A stretch of DNA of 64,000 bases from Lama glama (Eukaryota): the NCBI GenBank assembly GCA_028534125.1, contig CM052817.1:38504001-38568000 (forward strand), written 5' to 3'. The position numbers were made by a program, and so were the translations under genes. Position 1 is the stretch's first letter. Each line of letters starts with the position of its first letter. Below, in pieces: positions 62,306 to 64,000 of this stretch. The notes beneath the pieces were generated by a model that did not search any database, was not told where the DNA came from, and saw nothing but the letters and a program-made list of their open reading frames with translations.

Positions 62306-64000
62306 TCTGTAGGTCTTTTTTTTTTTTTTTTCCTCTCTCTTTCTTCTTTTTGTTCTCTTTTCTTATGGTTTGATGACTAGAGAAGTTCCTTTAACATTTG
62401 TTGTAAAGCTGGTTTGGTGATGCTGAAATCTTTTCACTTTTGTTTATCTGTGAAGCTTTTGATTTCTCCATCAAGCCTGAACTAAAGCTTGCTGGATAGA
62501 GTATTCTTGGTTGTAAAATTTCCTCTTATATCACTTTAAGTATGTTGTGCCACTCCCTTCTGGTCTGCAGAGTTTCTGCTGAAAAATTAGCTGATAACCT
62601 TATGGGAGTTTCCTTGTATGTTATTTGTTGCTTTTCTCTTGCTAATTTTAATATTTTCTCCTTGTCCTTCCTTAACTGCTGTCAATTGATGACTGTGCGT
62701 TGGTGTGTTTCTCTTTGGGCTGATTCTGTTTGGTACTCGGTGCTTCCTGGACTTGGGTGACTGTTTCCTTTCCCAAGTTGGGGAAGTTTTTGGTGATTAT
62801 TTTTCCAAAAATTTTCTCAGGTCTTTTCTATCTCTCTTCTTTTTCTGGGACCCCTCTAATGCGAATGTTACTGAGCTTCACGTTGTCCCAGAATTCTCTT
62901 AAATGATCCTCATTTCTTTTCAGTCTTTTTTCTTTTTTCTGTTCTGAAGTAGTGATTTCCCTAACCTGTCTTCTAGCTCACTGATCCGTTCTTCTGCCTC
63001 ATTTAGTCTATTCTTGGTTCCTTCTAGTGTGTTATTCATTTCAGTGATTTTATTCTTCAACTCTGGGTATTCTTTATATTTTCCTACTCTTTGCTAAAAT
63101 CTTCACTCTGTAGATCTATACTCCGCTTGAGTTCTCTGAACATCTCGGCTATCATCACTTTAAACTCTTTCTCAGATAAATTGCCTATCTCCTCATCACT
63201 TATTTCTTCTTCTGGGATTTTATCTTGTGCCTTGGCCTGGGAGATATTCCTTTGCCACCATATATTGTCTCTTTCTATTTTTAGGTAAGTTAGTTACATT
63301 TCTCAACCTTGGCAAGGTGACCCTCTGTGGGAGACGTCCTATGTGTCCCAGCAGTACACTCCTCTCTTGTCACCCAAGGGCCAGGGTCCAGCCAGTCCCA
63401 GTGTAGAGTCTGGCCTGTGTTTGTGGATTCCTCCCACAGCCTTTGGGATTGTTGTCTTCTTATTTCTAGTATCTGCCGCTGGTGGATGAGGCTGGACTAC
63501 AGGCTTATGCAGGGTTCCTGGCAGGAGGAGCCAGTGCCCGCCCACTGCTGGGTGAAGCTTGGTCCTGGACCTCTGGTGGGTAGGGCCATGTCTAGAGACC
63601 TTTGTGGCTTAGGAAGTTGGCTGATGGGTGGGGCTGTGTTCTCACCCTGTAGGTTGTTTGGCCTGAGGCTTCCTACAGGCTGTTGGGTGGGGCTAGGTCT
63701 TGGTGCTGATGATCCAATCAAGACGACAGCCTCCAGGAAAGCTCATGTAGATGAACACTCCCAGAATGTCTACCACCAGCTTTTATGACCCCTGGGTGAG
63801 CCCAGGCATCCCCCACGTCCCCAGAAGACCCTCCAAATCCATCAGACAGGCCTGGCCCAGGTTCCTATGAAATTACTGCCTCTGCCCTTGGACCTGGTGC
63901 ACATGAGTTTACGTGTACACTTCCCAAGCGAATGAAGTCTCTGTTTCCCCCAGTCCCATGGGGCTCCATAAGCCAAGCCCCTCTAGCCTTCAAAACCAGA
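62306..64000 (-). mobile_element. LINE-1 5' UTR and decayed ORF1 (ORF1 ~63265-62377)
   Basis: Minus strand WQRNISQAKAQDKIPEEEISDEEIGNLSEKEFKVMI ... PALQQMLKELL*; GC-richer 5' UTR beyond 63300. Confidence 0.92.

Overview
AT-rich mammalian genomic DNA, very probably from a camelid (three tRNA-derived Vic-1-type SINEs, artiodactyl-type L1 3' ends). I see no intact protein-coding gene, RNA gene or CRISPR array. Much of the window is ordinary interspersed repeat (L1, L2, MIR, MaLR/ERVL LTRs, Tigger and hAT DNA transposons), and there is a processed DPH3 pseudogene. The main result concerns the apparently unique DNA between the repeats. Read on the + strand across stops and frameshifts, it repeatedly spells decayed Crypton-type tyrosine-recombinase-derived (DUF3504) domains like those of KIAA1958, KCTD1, ZMYM2-4 and QRICH1. 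About 20 full or partial copies lie in the same orientation from ~8.9 kb to ~61.6 kb. Upstream of them (~2.7-3.1 kb) is a decayed exon resembling the KIAA1958 N-terminal exon. I interpret this as the fossil of a KIAA1958-like gene with one shared 5' exon and a large array of alternative DUF3504 terminal exons. All protein and repeat-family comparisons were made by eye against sequences recalled from memory, so unit boundaries are approximate and need HMM/tBLASTn confirmation.
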